DNA of 63,802 bases, filler included, from Reticulomyxa filosa (taxonomy: Eukaryota; Protista; Foraminifera), in assembly GCA_000512085.1 (NCBI GenBank). It is 16 parts of 16 records of this genome, joined end to end, with 100 filler letters (N's around TTAATTAATTAA, not from the genome) between each part and the next. Parts side by side here need not be neighbours in the genome. Positions count along the whole stretch, not along the records: positions 37,834 to 40,521 come from ASPP01025816.1; positions 40,622 to 42,181 come from ASPP01003280.1; positions 42,282 to 45,344 come from ASPP01002195.1; positions 45,445 to 56,445 come from ASPP01025744.1; 12 more parts are not named here. The stretch is one strand, 5' to 3'. Made by a program: the position numbers and the translations under genes. The first letter of the stretch is position 1. Each line of letters begins with the position of its first letter. The notes under the pieces are model-generated. The model worked only from the letters and a program-made list of their open reading frames with translations, made no database searches and was not told the DNA's origin. This document shows, one piece after another, positions 37,834 to 51,688 of this stretch.

Positions 37834-40500
37834 CAAACAAGGAGTCAGGTAGGATTTGATATACGAATAGCAATTCAATAATGGAGCCAATGATACCAGC
37901 GAAAAAGCCTAATGATCTGATGATGGACACGCCATATGGAAATGCTGGCATGAATACTTTGTGATATTGTTGCAGATTCAAATTCTTCCACGACCAGAGG
38001 ACAGTAGAAATGAATAAAGCCAGACATGTGACAAGTTGGGATAATATAATGACTACTGGCTTTCCTTCGCTCAAAAGTTGTGCTGAAATCAACATGAACG
38101 ACTTGGCCAAAGTAATGACAGATAGATAAGGCTTGATAAACTCTATCGTTGAAGTAAGCGACAAATAGTCTTTACAAGACCTAGTCAATGGAGTATGGAA
38201 TTCGACAAACATTGGAGCCACATTATACAAAATGGAATGTAATATGCCAATGCAATTAACGCAATTGTGCCAACTTTTAAATGCATTCCAGTCCAACATG
38301 TTATTTCTGGATCCATTCTCCATTTCCCATCCATTGTACAGCAAAGAATCATTACCAATTTGTCACATATCACCAAAAATAGAGTATCACAAAGCAATCT
38401 CATTATCTATATGTACAAATAAAGTATATGTTATACGTAGCAAACAAAAATAAATAAAAAAATAAATAACCATAGACACTTTGTTACTGGAAGAACGAAA
38501 TTGTCCATGACCATAAATGATAGTGCCAACAAAGGAATAGAAATAGTGCTCTCTGGCCTTTTCATTATCTTTTTGAATATACTTATAAATGCAATACATT
38601 TTAACTTCCCATAAAAACAACAGCATAAATATCAAAAGGATTAAACCTACACTGCCTCCACCAATTGCAACGTATACATACAAAGGATTATTATTTACCC
38701 AGTCCATTGAAATGTATCCCACATTTACTATCTTTCGTTTCCATCCTTTTTTTTTAAAAAAAAAATAATATAAAATTTTTACAATATAAATATATTTATA
38801 TAAATATAAAATATAAAAACCAGTGAGATGTTGGTAAGAATCTGAAGACGATGAAAAAGAGGTTGTAGAATTGTCAGCGGTGGAAATCGTGTACGAAGCA
38901 AAGACAGCCAATTGATAGACTTCATAACATAAGAGTATCAAAGTGATAATGGTGCCCAAGTTCCATAAAAAGACTCTGGAAGAAGAAGAAGAAGAAGAAG
39001 AATGAGTACCAGACTGCTGCTTTGAGTTATCTTGAATCTTTGGTGATAAGATTTCAAAGCACGATACGTACCAAAGGCCTGAAGCAACAAGATTGATAGC
39101 ACATAGATACCAATGACGATCATTGTAATATCGTTTTGCGATTGATACTTGGCAAATACGTTTGTGGTGAGAAACAGAGGGAGGATCGTGAGATATCCAA
39201 ACATCAAACTACTTCGAACAAACTGCAATAGCACACGTTTGAAACGTTTCACACAAGACTCTGCTTCAAGGACATGTTGTCGCTGAGTTACCTGCTTTGT
39301 GTCTGTCTCCACTTTGTTCATCCTCATCACCAATAACATATAGCATGATGGCAACATTACACATAGACTTGAGGCCATTATTAATGGATACACGAATATT
39401 CTGTATTCAAAGAAAATAACATAATATATACATATATATATATGTATATATGTATATATGTATATACAAAAAAAGCACCTGCCAAACAACTTGAGTAAAA
39501 CTCTACGTATAACGGCGCAACTCCGAAAAGAATATTGTCTCCATTCCACATACGATATCAAATGGCTTAATAAATAAAATGCGTTTTCCAAATCCGCAAA
39601 TATATTATCAATCCCTAAATTTGTATGTTCAGAAGTGTCTTTGCGAAAGAGCATCAAGACATTATCGGGAATTCTGTTATAACATATTTCCTTCTGCTCC
39701 TCAATTTGTTCTTTAGATATCTCTAGTAGCAACTCAAATTCCTTCGATTTACGAGACAGGATATTATAAGTGTTAGTGATTTTCTGTCGATGTAAAGTCC
39801 ATTTGGACAGCAAATATTGCATAAAACCGTCAAAGTGCTCAACAATATGTGGGAATGAAAAAGAGGAAGACTCTATTCTGTGACCCACTCCAAAGAAAAA
39901 TATCTTTGGCTTTTTGTAAAATCGACTCTTGTGCCACTTACTTATAGTTGTCTTGCACAATGCAAAAAACGTATCCTCTACTTTTTTCTCTTCTTTTTCT
40001 TCATCTAACACTACAAACCATGGAATGAATTGACACCACTCTTCATAGTTATTTACACTTTCTCTATAAAGTTGGAGACATATTTCCATTGATTCTTGAT
40101 TGCCATACTCCATATCTATTGCGTGGATACATATTCGATAGCATGTTTGTATTGCTCCATCACATTTCATCATATCCACTTTAAAGATCTGAGATGGGAG
40201 ATACATATAAAATAATACACGCATAATTTATTTTGGTATTTATATAAACATACGTATAATAAAAAAAAATAAAAATAAAAAACGAGCATTGAAAATATCT
40301 TTGCAATTTTTGGATATGACAGCACGATGGAAATTGGAAGTAATTGCAAATGATGACGCATTTCCAAATAACCAATGTTCCATAAAGCAATGCAATATAT
40401 CCTTCCTCTTACTAATTAACACGATATTTACTGCTTCCTCTTTTACATATCCTTTTTTTATATTTTCTTCTACTTTCATTAGACACACTCGGTTGAGCTT
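37834..40500 (-). CDS. Large multi-exon, multi-pass membrane protein (both ends truncated)
   Basis: Overlapping long ORFs (428, 190 and 188 aa) with many hydrophobic helices and a C...W..DP.I.CW.G.H extracellular motif of the kind seen in TRP-like protist membrane proteins; apparent frameshifts at ~38950 and ~38220. Confidence 0.7.
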
Positions 40501-40621
40501 CTTTTTTTTTATTTTTTTTTTNNNNNNNNNNNNNNNNNNNNNNNNNNNNNNNNNNNNNNNNNNNNTTAATTAATTAANNNNNNNNNNNNNNNNNNNNNNN
40601 NNNNNNNNNNNNNNNNNNNNN

Positions 40622-42163
40622 ATGTCTGGTTTAGATAGTATGGTTTTTGTTTGATCGGCTTTGTTCCAGATTTTAATTCTATTTTCATTTCTGCATTTGG
40701 AATTTGTCCGATATCGAATGCACCAAATGCTACTAACTTTTGATTTTTGAACAACAGTTGTTATAGCGTTTTCTTTATCTTTATGTTGTTTGTTGTACCA
40801 ATTTTGACTTCAGTACATATTGATTCTTTGTGTCTTTCTTCTAGGATATTCAATTCAACGTCGTTAATATCAAGTTTCGCCTTGGGATTATCGTTGTCGC
40901 TTTGAATTGAAGCTCCAAATTCGATTCTTTTATTATTCGTATCTTGGTCTTTGTATTTAATATCGCCGTTGTCATTGTTTATACCATTTGCTCCAATATC
41001 TGATAATGACTCCAAATCTTGACCATCAAATACACCATCTGAATGAACATGATCAAACTTTTAATGTTCTAATTTCAAAGAATAGCCTAATTTGCGCAAT
41101 ACACTTCTGGACAAAATAAAATTATGAGTCAGATTTTCGACTAAATAAAAATCCTCTTGGAAGCTCTGATTATGGCTATTACTATCATATAGTGTTAATT
41201 TCAATTTATCATGCAATATCATACAACCACCTGCATGTGCTACGTTAAATGCTCTAGCGTCTTTTGCCAACCAATTACTAAATGTGTTTGCAATTGCTCT
41301 CTTAACTGCACATATTGATGCCCCTGTATCTGCAATTGCCTTTATTTTCAATATTTCCTTGGTTTCTAAATCTATTTCAATTGCATTTGGCTCTTCCATT
41401 ACTCTGTCCAGGCCTAACATTGGCAGTATATGTTCCACATATGATTGAAAACATACTTGATGTTCTAAAACTTAAATTTCCTTTTTATCACTGGGACAGT
41501 CTCGTTGTTTATGCCCATGTTTTCCACATTTCCAACATTAGTCGTTCCATTGTAGTTTGTTATTGATATTGCTATAGATTCGTTTATTATTAGAATAATG
41601 TTCAATATAGCGTTGTGCTTTACTTTGCGATTCTGCTTCACGGATACCGTGTTTTTGAGTCAATTTTTTGTTAAGTGTAATAAGATTTTTATAGAAATTT
41701 GTATAATCTACTTCAATCGTTCTTACTTATTGTATCTCGATCTTTTCATCCGAAAGCTTCAACCGTTATCACCTTGATAACTTTGGCTAACATTTGATTT
41801 CGACTCATGCAGCTGCACTTTACGAGATAATAATTTAATCTGCTCTTGTAGCATAGACAATTGTTGTTTTAATGAAGCTTCATCTTTGTCATTACAAACT
41901 GATCTCCGATCCAAGTTTTCTTTCGCATCGACGTCAAATCTATCTAAAACAAAACTTTTGTCAAGCACTTGCTCATTGGTTTCTATATCGTTGATATCAT
42001 TACTTTTTGAGCTGATGTTTAACCTTTTACATTTAACAGACAGTCGTAATTTTGATGACACAATTTGTTCGTTGTCTTTAATTGGTTCGCCAAACTCTAT
42101 CAACTTTTGCCTCAATATTTTCGGACTCATTTTTAATATCTCTTCGTCAGTTGGTAATATCAT
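40622..42163 (-). mobile_element. Decayed Ty3/Gypsy LTR retrotransposon: gag - aspartic protease - start of RT
   Basis: Zinc knuckle CWKCGKHGHKQRDC (41496-41537), protease motif IKAIADTGASICAV, and pre-RT motif IGQIPNAEMKIELKSGTKPIKQKPY directly after the protease (Gypsy order); in-frame stops and frameshifts. Confidence 0.88.
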
Positions 42164-42281
42164 ACTGTTGTTGCTATTCTGNNNNNNNNNNNNNNNNNNN
42201 NNNNNNNNNNNNNNNNNNNNNNNNNTTAATTAATTAANNNNNNNNNNNNNNNNNNNNNNNNNNNNNNNNNNNNNNNNNNNN

Positions 42282-42431
42282 GCGATTCGAATTTTCGTCA
42301 CCCATTTGTTGAACTCGTCAAAGTTGCCAACGCGACAGGCTATCAATGGCTTTTCTTTTTTTTTTTTTAAAAAAAAAAAAGGGAGGGGAGATTTGAATTG
42401 GTTGAATTCAATAAAATAATAATATATATAC

Positions 42432-42492
<61 letters not shown>

Positions 42493-43521
42493 TATATATA
42501 TATATGTATATGTATATACCTGCTTCGATCAGTTGACGATCCATAGCAAACTTTTGTAGTGAGATTTCTCCGAGAGAAATGATGCCATTAGACTTGTCGT
42601 CAGGATTATTGGATTTGGCATTGGCATTGGCATTAGAGATGTGTGGCCTGGGTCCACCGGCCAAGGTTCTCTTGCGTTCCATCTGCGCCTGGAATAGGTA
42701 GAACACGAAGCCTTCCGAAGGGTCGCTGTTCTTTTCGTCCTCCACCACTAGACGACAGAAGGACACATCCACGCGACTTTTCGCCTTGCTTTTTTTGAGA
42801 CCGCTGTACCATGAGAACCATCTGAATAATTTATTCACACACACACACACATACATACATATAGAAATATGTATCATTATAAAAAAACTAATATATACAA
42901 ACATAGTTATATATACATATAACTATGTTTGTATATATTACCTCGAATGCAAAACGGCCCATTGTTCGGTATGCCACTTGTTCGAATCTCCACTTCTGCA
43001 ATCCATGACCCCTTGGAACACCTCTCCCGGCATTGTGACGACGCAAGGATTCGCCTTTGGGTTATTCGGCTCCGACGGCAGGAACATTCTGTGCTCGTAT
43101 TTCATTCGGATAAAATGGTCTCGCACTAACTCGTATTTATCCCATTTCGGATTCATCCAATAACTCGGTAACAACACCTCCCACACTTGCGTGTTCGCCT
43201 TGTCGTTGCCTCCTACTCTCGCGAATCGCTGTGCCACCTCCTCCGTCCACGCGTTCGTGTCCAGTCGGAACGAACGGATCTTCGTTATATGCGTTCCCAT
43301 CGCTCGGTGAATGCCCCCGCATTTTATGCACAGCACCACACCCAAGTTCAATGACGCCCATCCCGTGTCCTTTGTCAGCTTCTCTCCACAGTCGCCGCAA
43401 TTCAGGTTGCCGGGCAGACTCAAGATTTGATCTATACTCTATTCCCAAGTTTTTTATTGTCAAAGGTTAATCTAGCTTTTTTTTACAATGGTTAACAAAA
43501 TATAATTACCTTTGCAGCCAT
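42282..43521 (-). CDS. ArfGAP zinc-finger protein followed by PH-like region (3'-truncated)
   Basis: Exon MAAK, then an intron, then SIDQILSLPGNLNCGDC...WASLNLGVVLCIKCGGIHRAMGTHITKIRS (CxxC-x-CxxC-4x-R ArfGAP). Downstream come WHTEQWAVL, GFVFYL and FDEFNKWVTKI (PH-like C-terminal helix). Confidence 0.9.
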
Positions 43522-43758
43522 AATGTTATATATATAAAATAATTAGTGAACTTTTTTTTTTCTCCCCATCCTTTTATTAAAAAGAAGGTAAATTATTATT
43601 GTGTTGATTTTATTTATTGTTTTTGTTGTTGTGAAGGTAAAATTTGAAGTGTTATAGCTTTTTGAAAGGCGTGTGACTGAAAACATATGAACGCAAATTG
43701 CCACTGCTTTTTTTTAAAAAAAATTAGCCGTTATAACAAAGTAAGCCAAAAAACACTC

Positions 43759-44504
43759 TTAACAACCATTTGGCAATAATGGCCTTTCGTCATCTGGTAT
43801 CATTTTTTTCTGCTTCTTCTTTTTTTGTGTGCGTATTACTGGTTTCATGTTGACTGACAATGGTCTAGACACACGGGGCTTTTCATGGCTAATATCGGAG
43901 AGCATATCGTAATCTCTACTAGACATAACACTTGTCACTTCGCTGCGAGTGGAATTCTAATTTGAAATTAAAAAAAGAAAAAAAAGTACAAAAACAATTT
44001 GCCACGAACATTGAATAAAAAGTTGATGGAGGAGGAAAAAGAAAAAGAGTTTGTAACTTCATCACTTTTGGCTTCATAGATACTTTTAACTTCAACGTCC
44101 ATTTCTTTAAACTCGTCCTCCTAGTAATAGAGTGTGTATGTACAGATGTGCATGTGCGCGGATATATACGTGCCAAGGAAAGAGGAGGGGGAGGGAGGGA
44201 GGGAAGAGATAAAAAGAGATACTTTGTCAAATTCGTCTTTTTTACGCTGGATAATGGATACGACTTGTTGCAACCTTTCACTGTTGATGCTGAAGAATTC
44301 AAATTCGTTTTGCAAGGCTTGTTCAAACTCATCTGGGTCGGATTTGGCCTCCATTTCGAAAAGCTCCTTTTTTTTCCCTTCGCTTTGTTGGTCCCACCAA
44401 ACCTCACACTCCTTATATATATATATATATATATACATATATGTATGTATACGTACAACATGCACTCCATTTTTTCATTGCACATATACGTACACCGAGT
44501 TATA

Positions 44505-44542
<38 letters not shown>

Positions 44543-45256
44543 TATAACTCGCATTTCTCTTTCATTTTGAGTCTCTGCAATCCAATGGTCTCTGTTAACG
44601 CGATGAACGTCGGCAACAAGTTCATAGCCATCGTTTCCGCCAAAGATGTAAATGAAAGGTGGATAATGGACCGCAACGCTTGCGGACAAGTTATAAGGAA
44701 GAGGCTTATCTTCGTACCACTGTCCAAACTTAAACGAATAGCGAACCACTCCGGCGGTGCATGTTTTATCCGTTTCATTATACCCTCCAATCAATAGCAG
44801 ACTGTCCTTTTTGTTTTCATCACTCGCGTATACGTATGCAGAACTTTGGTGTGAGTCTCGTCCGGGCACGTTCGACAACGGTTCGCATCTCACATTTTCA
44901 TTCTCTTCATCAAATGTAATGACCGTGGCAAATTTTCGACACACCAACAGCATTTTGGTGTTCTGCGCAACAGGCTCAGACTCGTTGTCATCTTCTGGAG
45001 GATACAGCACAATGCAATGGAAACTCAATTGTCTAGATGTGTACGACTCCGGAATTTGCAACTTTTTCAAATACGTATACGTCTCCAAACTAAACACGTC
45101 AATGTTACTGGGGCGATACGTAATGAATAACAAATTTTTGTTCACTCCACCTATTACTGCACGTGCACCGCGTAAATCGTCTTCCAGTTTTCCAATCGTC
45201 ACAAATGCTTGGTTGTGCATCAATGGTACCCATTGGTTTATAAAAAGTCCTTTTTC

Positions 45257-45334
<78 letters not shown>

Positions 45335-45344
45335 GTCATCTATT
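43759..45344 (-). CDS. Kelch-like repeat protein with acidic/coiled C-terminal exons (5'-truncated)
   Basis: GARAVIGGVNKNLLFITY (paralogous to 1289-2143), LLLIGGYN, IYIFGGND. Three further GT..AG-joined exons end in DDERPLLPNGC-stop. Confidence 0.75.
45258..45334. repeat. (TAT)n microsatellite, poly-Asn on minus strand
   Basis: Directly visible perfect trinucleotide run. Confidence 0.95.
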
Positions 45345-46437
45345 NNNNNNNNNNNNNNNNNNNNNNNNNNNNNNNNNNNNNNNNNNNNTTAATTAATTAA
45401 NNNNNNNNNNNNNNNNNNNNNNNNNNNNNNNNNNNNNNNNNNNNTTTTTTTTGTTATATCAAAATCTTCTTAACCACTCGTTTAAGTTAGTTTCAATGAT
45501 ATTAATAATGTTCGGTTTTTTTTTAATACTGCAATGATTTCATCAATAACAAGATTTACTAGTTTGTAATGTATCTACGCATGTTGACTTATTATTAAAT
45601 TTCAATTTTTCTCCAATTCCAAATATTGTTTTTTCCTTACATTACTTGCAGTATAGCCAGTTGTGTAAATATATCTTGCTTCGATAGTGCTAATTGTCTT
45701 TACAAGTGTTGTTATTAACTATTTGTTACTCGATTTTCACAACCATCTTAGTTCTACCAAAAACTGTATATTTGCATTTGAAGGACATTAATGGTCTTTC
45801 TGCGTGATTATTACTGGTAAAGTTGGACTGAACAAACACCAAAAGAATTATTTTTGTGTTTGACCGAACACTAAGTATTTAGCAAACTCCTAGTTTTAAT
45901 TCAACGCGAAAGCCCTCTTTTGCCTTATTGTTGATTACGTGTGCAATGTCTATAAATGCCACTGACTGTTTGAAATACTTCATTTTTGCAGTCTTCACTT
46001 TTTGTGTTGAACATCTTCACAATTATAGATACTAAATTTCATATAAACGACTCTTAATCGTAATTGAACTAAATAAAACTAAATTGATAGAACCACTTTA
46101 TGAGAAATAAAGCATTCATATTAATATTGTGTATCGTTGCTTTTCAATGAAATCATTGTAAATAAGGACGTATCGAGAATTTCAATGTTGTTGATCGACG
46201 AGTTTTTTTACACAAAAAAAATCTATAAAAGTCTTACGTACGTGATTTATGTCTTCCAAAAAGTGGGTCTTGGTCACATTGAAAAGCATGCCTAACTTTA
46301 TATTCAAACCAAAAGTAAAGCTCGTAATTTCAAGCACAAAAAAACAATAGGACTCAATGATATTTTTATTTATATGCCCAAAAAAAAAGCAAATTAATGA
46401 AAAAAAATATTGCCGCAAAATATTGACCCATTTATTT

Positions 46438-47310
46438 TTAATTATTGGAGGTCACTATTTGCTCAGTTGGACCAAATGCGTTGTCAGCCGAGTCAATAAC
46501 GCGAATAAAATCTCTAATCATATAAATCCAATTGAAGAGCGCGAGCAAGACAGTTGCAAACAAAAATACACCGAAATCATAGCCAAACTTCGCAAAGACA
46601 AATATCAAAACAAAATAGATCAGCGCCATAACTACCAAGAAGTGAAAATATGCTCTCAAGGGCTTCGCCTGAAGTTGGTCTGCTCCTCTGTATCCAAAAA
46701 ATCCAAAGATTAATGACATTACAAAAAATATCCACATCCACCACATGCCAGCACTCGCAAATACGATGCTCCACACCAGCCAAAGAACTGCCATAGCTAC
46801 GGATAATCTTTCTATTTTTTTATTTCGGCATGATAAAAACAGGAAAAGGTATCACATAACAAAAATCATTTAACTGATCGCTGATGGGTAATATAAATTG
46901 CAACAGCAACATAGTTTGCCACCTAATTGGGAATCAATCATCGCCTTTCTGGGACTAACCACAGGAGTTTGTACGAGGTATACAGGTTGCTGGTTGTAAA
47001 CAGGTTGCCGATTGTAAACAGGTTGCTGATTGTAAACAGGTTGCTCACCGTATATAGGTTGGCCGTATATAGGTTGCTGGTTATACACAGGCTGTGAATT
47101 ATACATTGGCTGTGGGCTGTACAATTGTTGTTGCGGGACAGGATCAACTTGTTGCGATGGAGGGAGATAAGTTACTTCTACTTGGTTCGGGTTCACTGGT
47201 TGAGCCAGTTGTGGATACGGCTGGTGCAGCTCAATTTGCGTGTTTACTGAGTTGGGATCAAATGCTGGCTGCACAGAGAGATCCTTATAATTAGCATCTG
47301 TAGTTGTCAT
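46438..47310 (-). CDS. Small membrane protein with Pro/Gln/Tyr-rich N-terminus, Cys cluster and ~4 TM helices
   Basis: Tandem (V/I)YNQQP hexapeptides and KLCCCCN, then an intron, then a highly hydrophobic second exon. Confidence 0.75.
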
Positions 47311-47818
47311 TTCTTTTTTCTTGTTGTTCTGCCTGTATTTGTTATTCAAAAAACTAAAAAAACAGGATTTACACAAAAGTTGTACTTACCCTTTTACACG
47401 AGCCTTTTGTATCTTAAGTCTTTATTGATTTTGCTCGTTTTTGTTTTAAGTATTGTTTCAAATAGATCGTGTGTTATAGATTTTATTCTATCCAAGCTGT
47501 ATTGAAAACCTGACATCCAAAATTGGATTGGTGAACATTTATGTGAAGCTAGAAATGGAACTGACAAAAAAGTTACTGAGTTGAGCTGAATCACTATATT
47601 AAAAAAAAAAAGGATAAGACCACACGAGATGGACTACTTTGGACAGACGTCCAGAAGGCAAAATAAAAAAGAAAACCTATTCACACGAACAAAAAAAAAG
47701 TGAAAGAAGATCGATCATTACTAACACAAATGTTCATCTTGTGTCTCACTCTTTCCCTGCCCCAAACAATTGTAACAATGTATCACCCCCTAAAAAATAA
47801 ACACCCACACTTTTTTTT

Positions 47819-49672
47819 TTACATTTCATTTTGAATGAAAGTGTAAAAAGGGCTCACTGTACATTTTTCTTCCAAATAAAACTCCATCTTTTGAGAGTGG
47901 TGGCAAAAGTCATTTTCCAAATGAGCAATGCTGTAGTCAGTGACGTTGGACGGCAAAAGTGGTGCAGTTTCAGTTTCATTGCAAATGATATGGCAAAGGG
48001 TGAGATGACGAACGTCCAGTTGCAAGGACACGGCATTAAAATAAGTGAGGCTGCGATCGTTGGACAAAGTAAAGTGTAAAATCCACATGTCGTGATACTT
48101 GAGCACAGAAATGGGAGCTAAAGTCTTTGAACGGGCATCATCCGAAAGGAGGGTGTTCCCCAACAATATACAATGATGTGTCCAAAGTTGTTTGTACGAC
48201 ACGACGTCTCCACAAGACGAAACAATGAACGCATACAATTTAAACTCTTCCCGCTTTTTTTTTTGTTCCCACAATAGTGAAGGAGTAACCAATCACCAAC
48301 ACACGTCCCATGGTAGTGTCGATATATACACCGCCCAATTTGCACTGTGAAAGTAGTCGCAACAAAGTGGGGTCAGTCGAGCGCAACACAAACGGATATT
48401 TGTTTTGAGACGTATGAAAATAAAAGGGAGCGGCCAAATTGCTGCCACTATAGCTCAATAGAACCAGTGGCACTTGTTGCTCTTCTCCACTTAGACCGTC
48501 TAATGCCATTATCGCCCCTTGTATATCCGTCCATTGAAACCACTCCAAGTGTTGCTGCACGTAGCCCTTCATTGTCCCATTCGCACTACTTACTAGCTTT
48601 TCGATGTTCCTCACATTAAATGGCAGCCATTGCAAACACTGCCGTGATTCGTTGATGTAATAAAACCCTTTGCACGTATCTCCAACCACAAAGGCCGACG
48701 ATTTGTGCACGTAACCACCAAACCAGTCCATGTCCATTTTCAACTCACTCCTTTGTGCCACATCATCACACACCGCGATCAACTGCCACGGGGTGTAGCC
48801 TTGGCATTTCCTCTTCCAACTCAGATGCGTGCGTAATACTCCACAAATAATGCACTTTTGGTCACGTTGAGAAACATCACCACACACACACGATTACGTA
48901 TACTACATACATGCAAATACTACCAAAAAAGGAAAAACATTACGTATAATCACAAAACTTGTTTGTCAATAACCAATACTGTCATAACGCCTTGGCTGGA
49001 CAAATGAGAGACAAGCGTAACGGACACAAACATGGTCGCTCCTTCACTCACGTCAGATAAAGTCATAAGCTCTCGTATATCGGTGCTGGTGCAACTCGTG
49101 TCTTTATTCAAAAGCAGACTGTCCAAACTCGGTGGGTTTTGCATCCCAAAAAATTCGTGTTGCTGCACCGAAGAAAGCGCTTTGCGCTTTTCATAATGGC
49201 AACGTACCATGTGCCGAATCTTGTCTTCCGGCAATGGAACTTTGGTCATTCCGATCAGCTGTCTGGTTATCGGCGAGTAGTATTTCACGGCAACATATTC
49301 TTGAGGCGTCGTCGAAACGGCTTGGTGATCATTGCTCTCGTTCAAATGCACGGTCAGTGGCCCACGCATTTCCAACTGACAATGAACGCGAGATGTCTTC
49401 AGAAATACAAACTCACACAACAACTTGAGAACGAACGAGTCCAAAAACATGCCGTTTTGCATGCAATACTCCTTTATTACTGCTTTCGTCTTTTTGATTT
49501 TCTGAGACAGTTTTAAATAGACGGGACTGTATTCGAAGCTTGGAAACTGCATTTCAGGCGCCTTTGAAGGTGAGGCGTTTGGAGAATGTTCGGGACTCTC
49601 GGAGTTTTCTTCTCCTTTTATATCTTTGCAGTCCACCAGTTGCAAAGTTACCCATTTGTCGTTCATGAACAT
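47819..49672 (-). CDS. Uncharacterised multi-exon ORF, probably the C-terminal continuation of the upstream qRRM gene
   Basis: ORFs of 240, 215 and 157 aa in series (one intron, one T-run frameshift at ~48260). The first ATG is immediately preceded by a splice-acceptor AG. Confidence 0.6.
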
Positions 49673-49779
49673 CTATCCCAAAGGCGACAAATACATACAC
49701 ATAACGCCTCAAAAAAAAAAAAAAAAAAAAAGAAGTCACCACTTTGCACTTTTTGTAAAATTAAAAAAAGTTTGTAGGT

Positions 49780-51155
49780 TTAAAGATTCGAAACTGGATT
49801 TGGGGACATGGCTGCACGAACTGCTGCTGGGTTGTCAAACTCGACCAATGCTTGGTTTACTCCTCTTTTTTTATGCACGCATACAGGATAGATCTTGCGA
49901 TCTGTGCATGCACATAATACAGGGACAACTTATTTACTGTTGTCTTCTTTCAACTAAAAAATAAACGGAAACATAAACAATAAGAAAACTTACCCTTTTG
50001 AAAAAAATGCATGACATCGTCCGCGGTGACATCAGGAAGCCCTCGGAGCAACACAGAAAACTTTTGTTGCGAGTTTTTGACGGCGTGATATTGGTTGCTT
50101 TCGGCGTTCGCGACAAACAATGGAACGGCGTCAGGCAGTACACAGCTTTGATCAATGGACACCAAGTCCGTATCGCTGCGTGATAATGCATGGAATTTCA
50201 GTGCCGGGCTTTGCAACTGTCGATTGGGAAAATGTGGTTCACTTTGCAAACTGGGGTAAACTAGAATGTTTGAACAAAGAGACATTTCATAATCATTGCT
50301 CTTGAATAACTCTACGTATCGCTGTCGAATGTGTTGTCGATCAAGACTCAATGCTTTGCTGTTTTTTATTTTTTTATGGTATGTTTTAAAAAAAAGTATA
50401 CGCCCAAAAATTATTTCCTTTTTATCCATTAGCAAAAAAAAATGCAAACGTTTTTTTTTTTTGTGCAACTTTCGGTGTTCTTGCTTCTTAAATACAACGA
50501 ACGCATTTCCGTTGAGTCGGTTCGCTTCGTCAAGCGTCAAATAAATTTGTGCTGTACATGTATAATCAATCCTTTGACTTTCAATATGTTCAACAATTGG
50601 AAGGAGGGAAAAACGCTTTTATGCACTTTTGTTTTTTTTGCACAAACATGGCTGAAGCTGTGGATCTTTTTGCTTGAAAAAATGAATGATCTCGGCTGCA
50701 GTTACGTTGAATGGAAGTCCTTTCACTTTCAACACGCATCGCTGGGGTCTATGTCCTGTGAACAACGAATTATTGCTATGATTCATACTATTGTTACTGA
50801 TGTTGTTGCCATTACTGTTGTCGTGGCTTTCTTTTGGACTATCAGCACTCCCAGGAGGCTCTAATTTTGTACGAAAATATGTGTTCATGTCACGCTTGGA
50901 TGCACGATTCACATCGATATAACGTCGACCAATGTAGTGCTTGTCTTTGAGCAATGCCTGATTCATATCCCCTTCACTTGCAAACTCTACCAATGCATGG
51001 CCACTGTTTTTTCCGTACTTATCCGTTAAGATCTTTATTTTTAAAATCCTTTGGGCGTTGAAAAATGCGCGGATCTCGGTTTCGGTGCACGTGAAAGGTA
51101 TTCCTGTTAGTCTCACAACATTACTTGCCATTTTACGTTTTGGACTGCCAGACAT
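49780..51155 (-). CDS. hnRNP F/H / GRSF1 / ESRP-like protein with three quasi-RRMs
   Basis: VVRLTGIPFTCTETEIRAFF..GHALVEF..ALLKDKHYIGRRYIDV; LKVKGLPFNVTAAEIIHFF..GNAFVVF..ALSLDRQHIRQRYVELF; VLLRGLPDVTADDVMHFF..NQALVEF. Confidence 0.85.
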
Positions 51156-51688
51156 TTATTTATTGGATTTGGACTTTTTTACTTTCAAATTATTTTGTAA
51201 AGTACTAGTTTCCAAGACAGAAGAATGACTTTTTTTTCTGTCTTTAATTAGTTCAAGTGACCACTTTTTTTAGAAAACTTCACAGCAGTTTTCCACCGAA
51301 ACAAACATCAAACCCTAAAATTATGTTTTCCCTCGTTTTGTTAATTCTTGCATCCCATTATTATTAAAACAGCTAAATAAAATTTATATTACATGTGATT
51401 GACATCGTTTGTTGGAAAACAGTTCACATTAATGCATTTCGAAATTGGAAAGTGATTACAAAGCAAAAAATGTAATTATTTTTTAATGACAACAACAAAA
51501 AAAGAAGTCATGCAGTGCCGCAACAACCCAAAATTCAATAAAGAACAAAGTCAAATACAACAAAATGCTGTCACATCAATATTAACACACGGCATGGAAA
51601 GGAAAAAAAATAAGTTATATGACCAATAATGAGAGAAAAGATATTCATCCATTGAGCATTTGTATTTGGAATTTTCCAAAATCAACGC

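Noticed and set aside
40622-41730. Possible TAA-to-Gln genetic code reassignment
   Set aside because: Intact host genes in the window (ALG10, SMB-EEP) terminate at TAA and their exons have no internal TAA; the element also has frameshifts, so decay is the simpler explanation.
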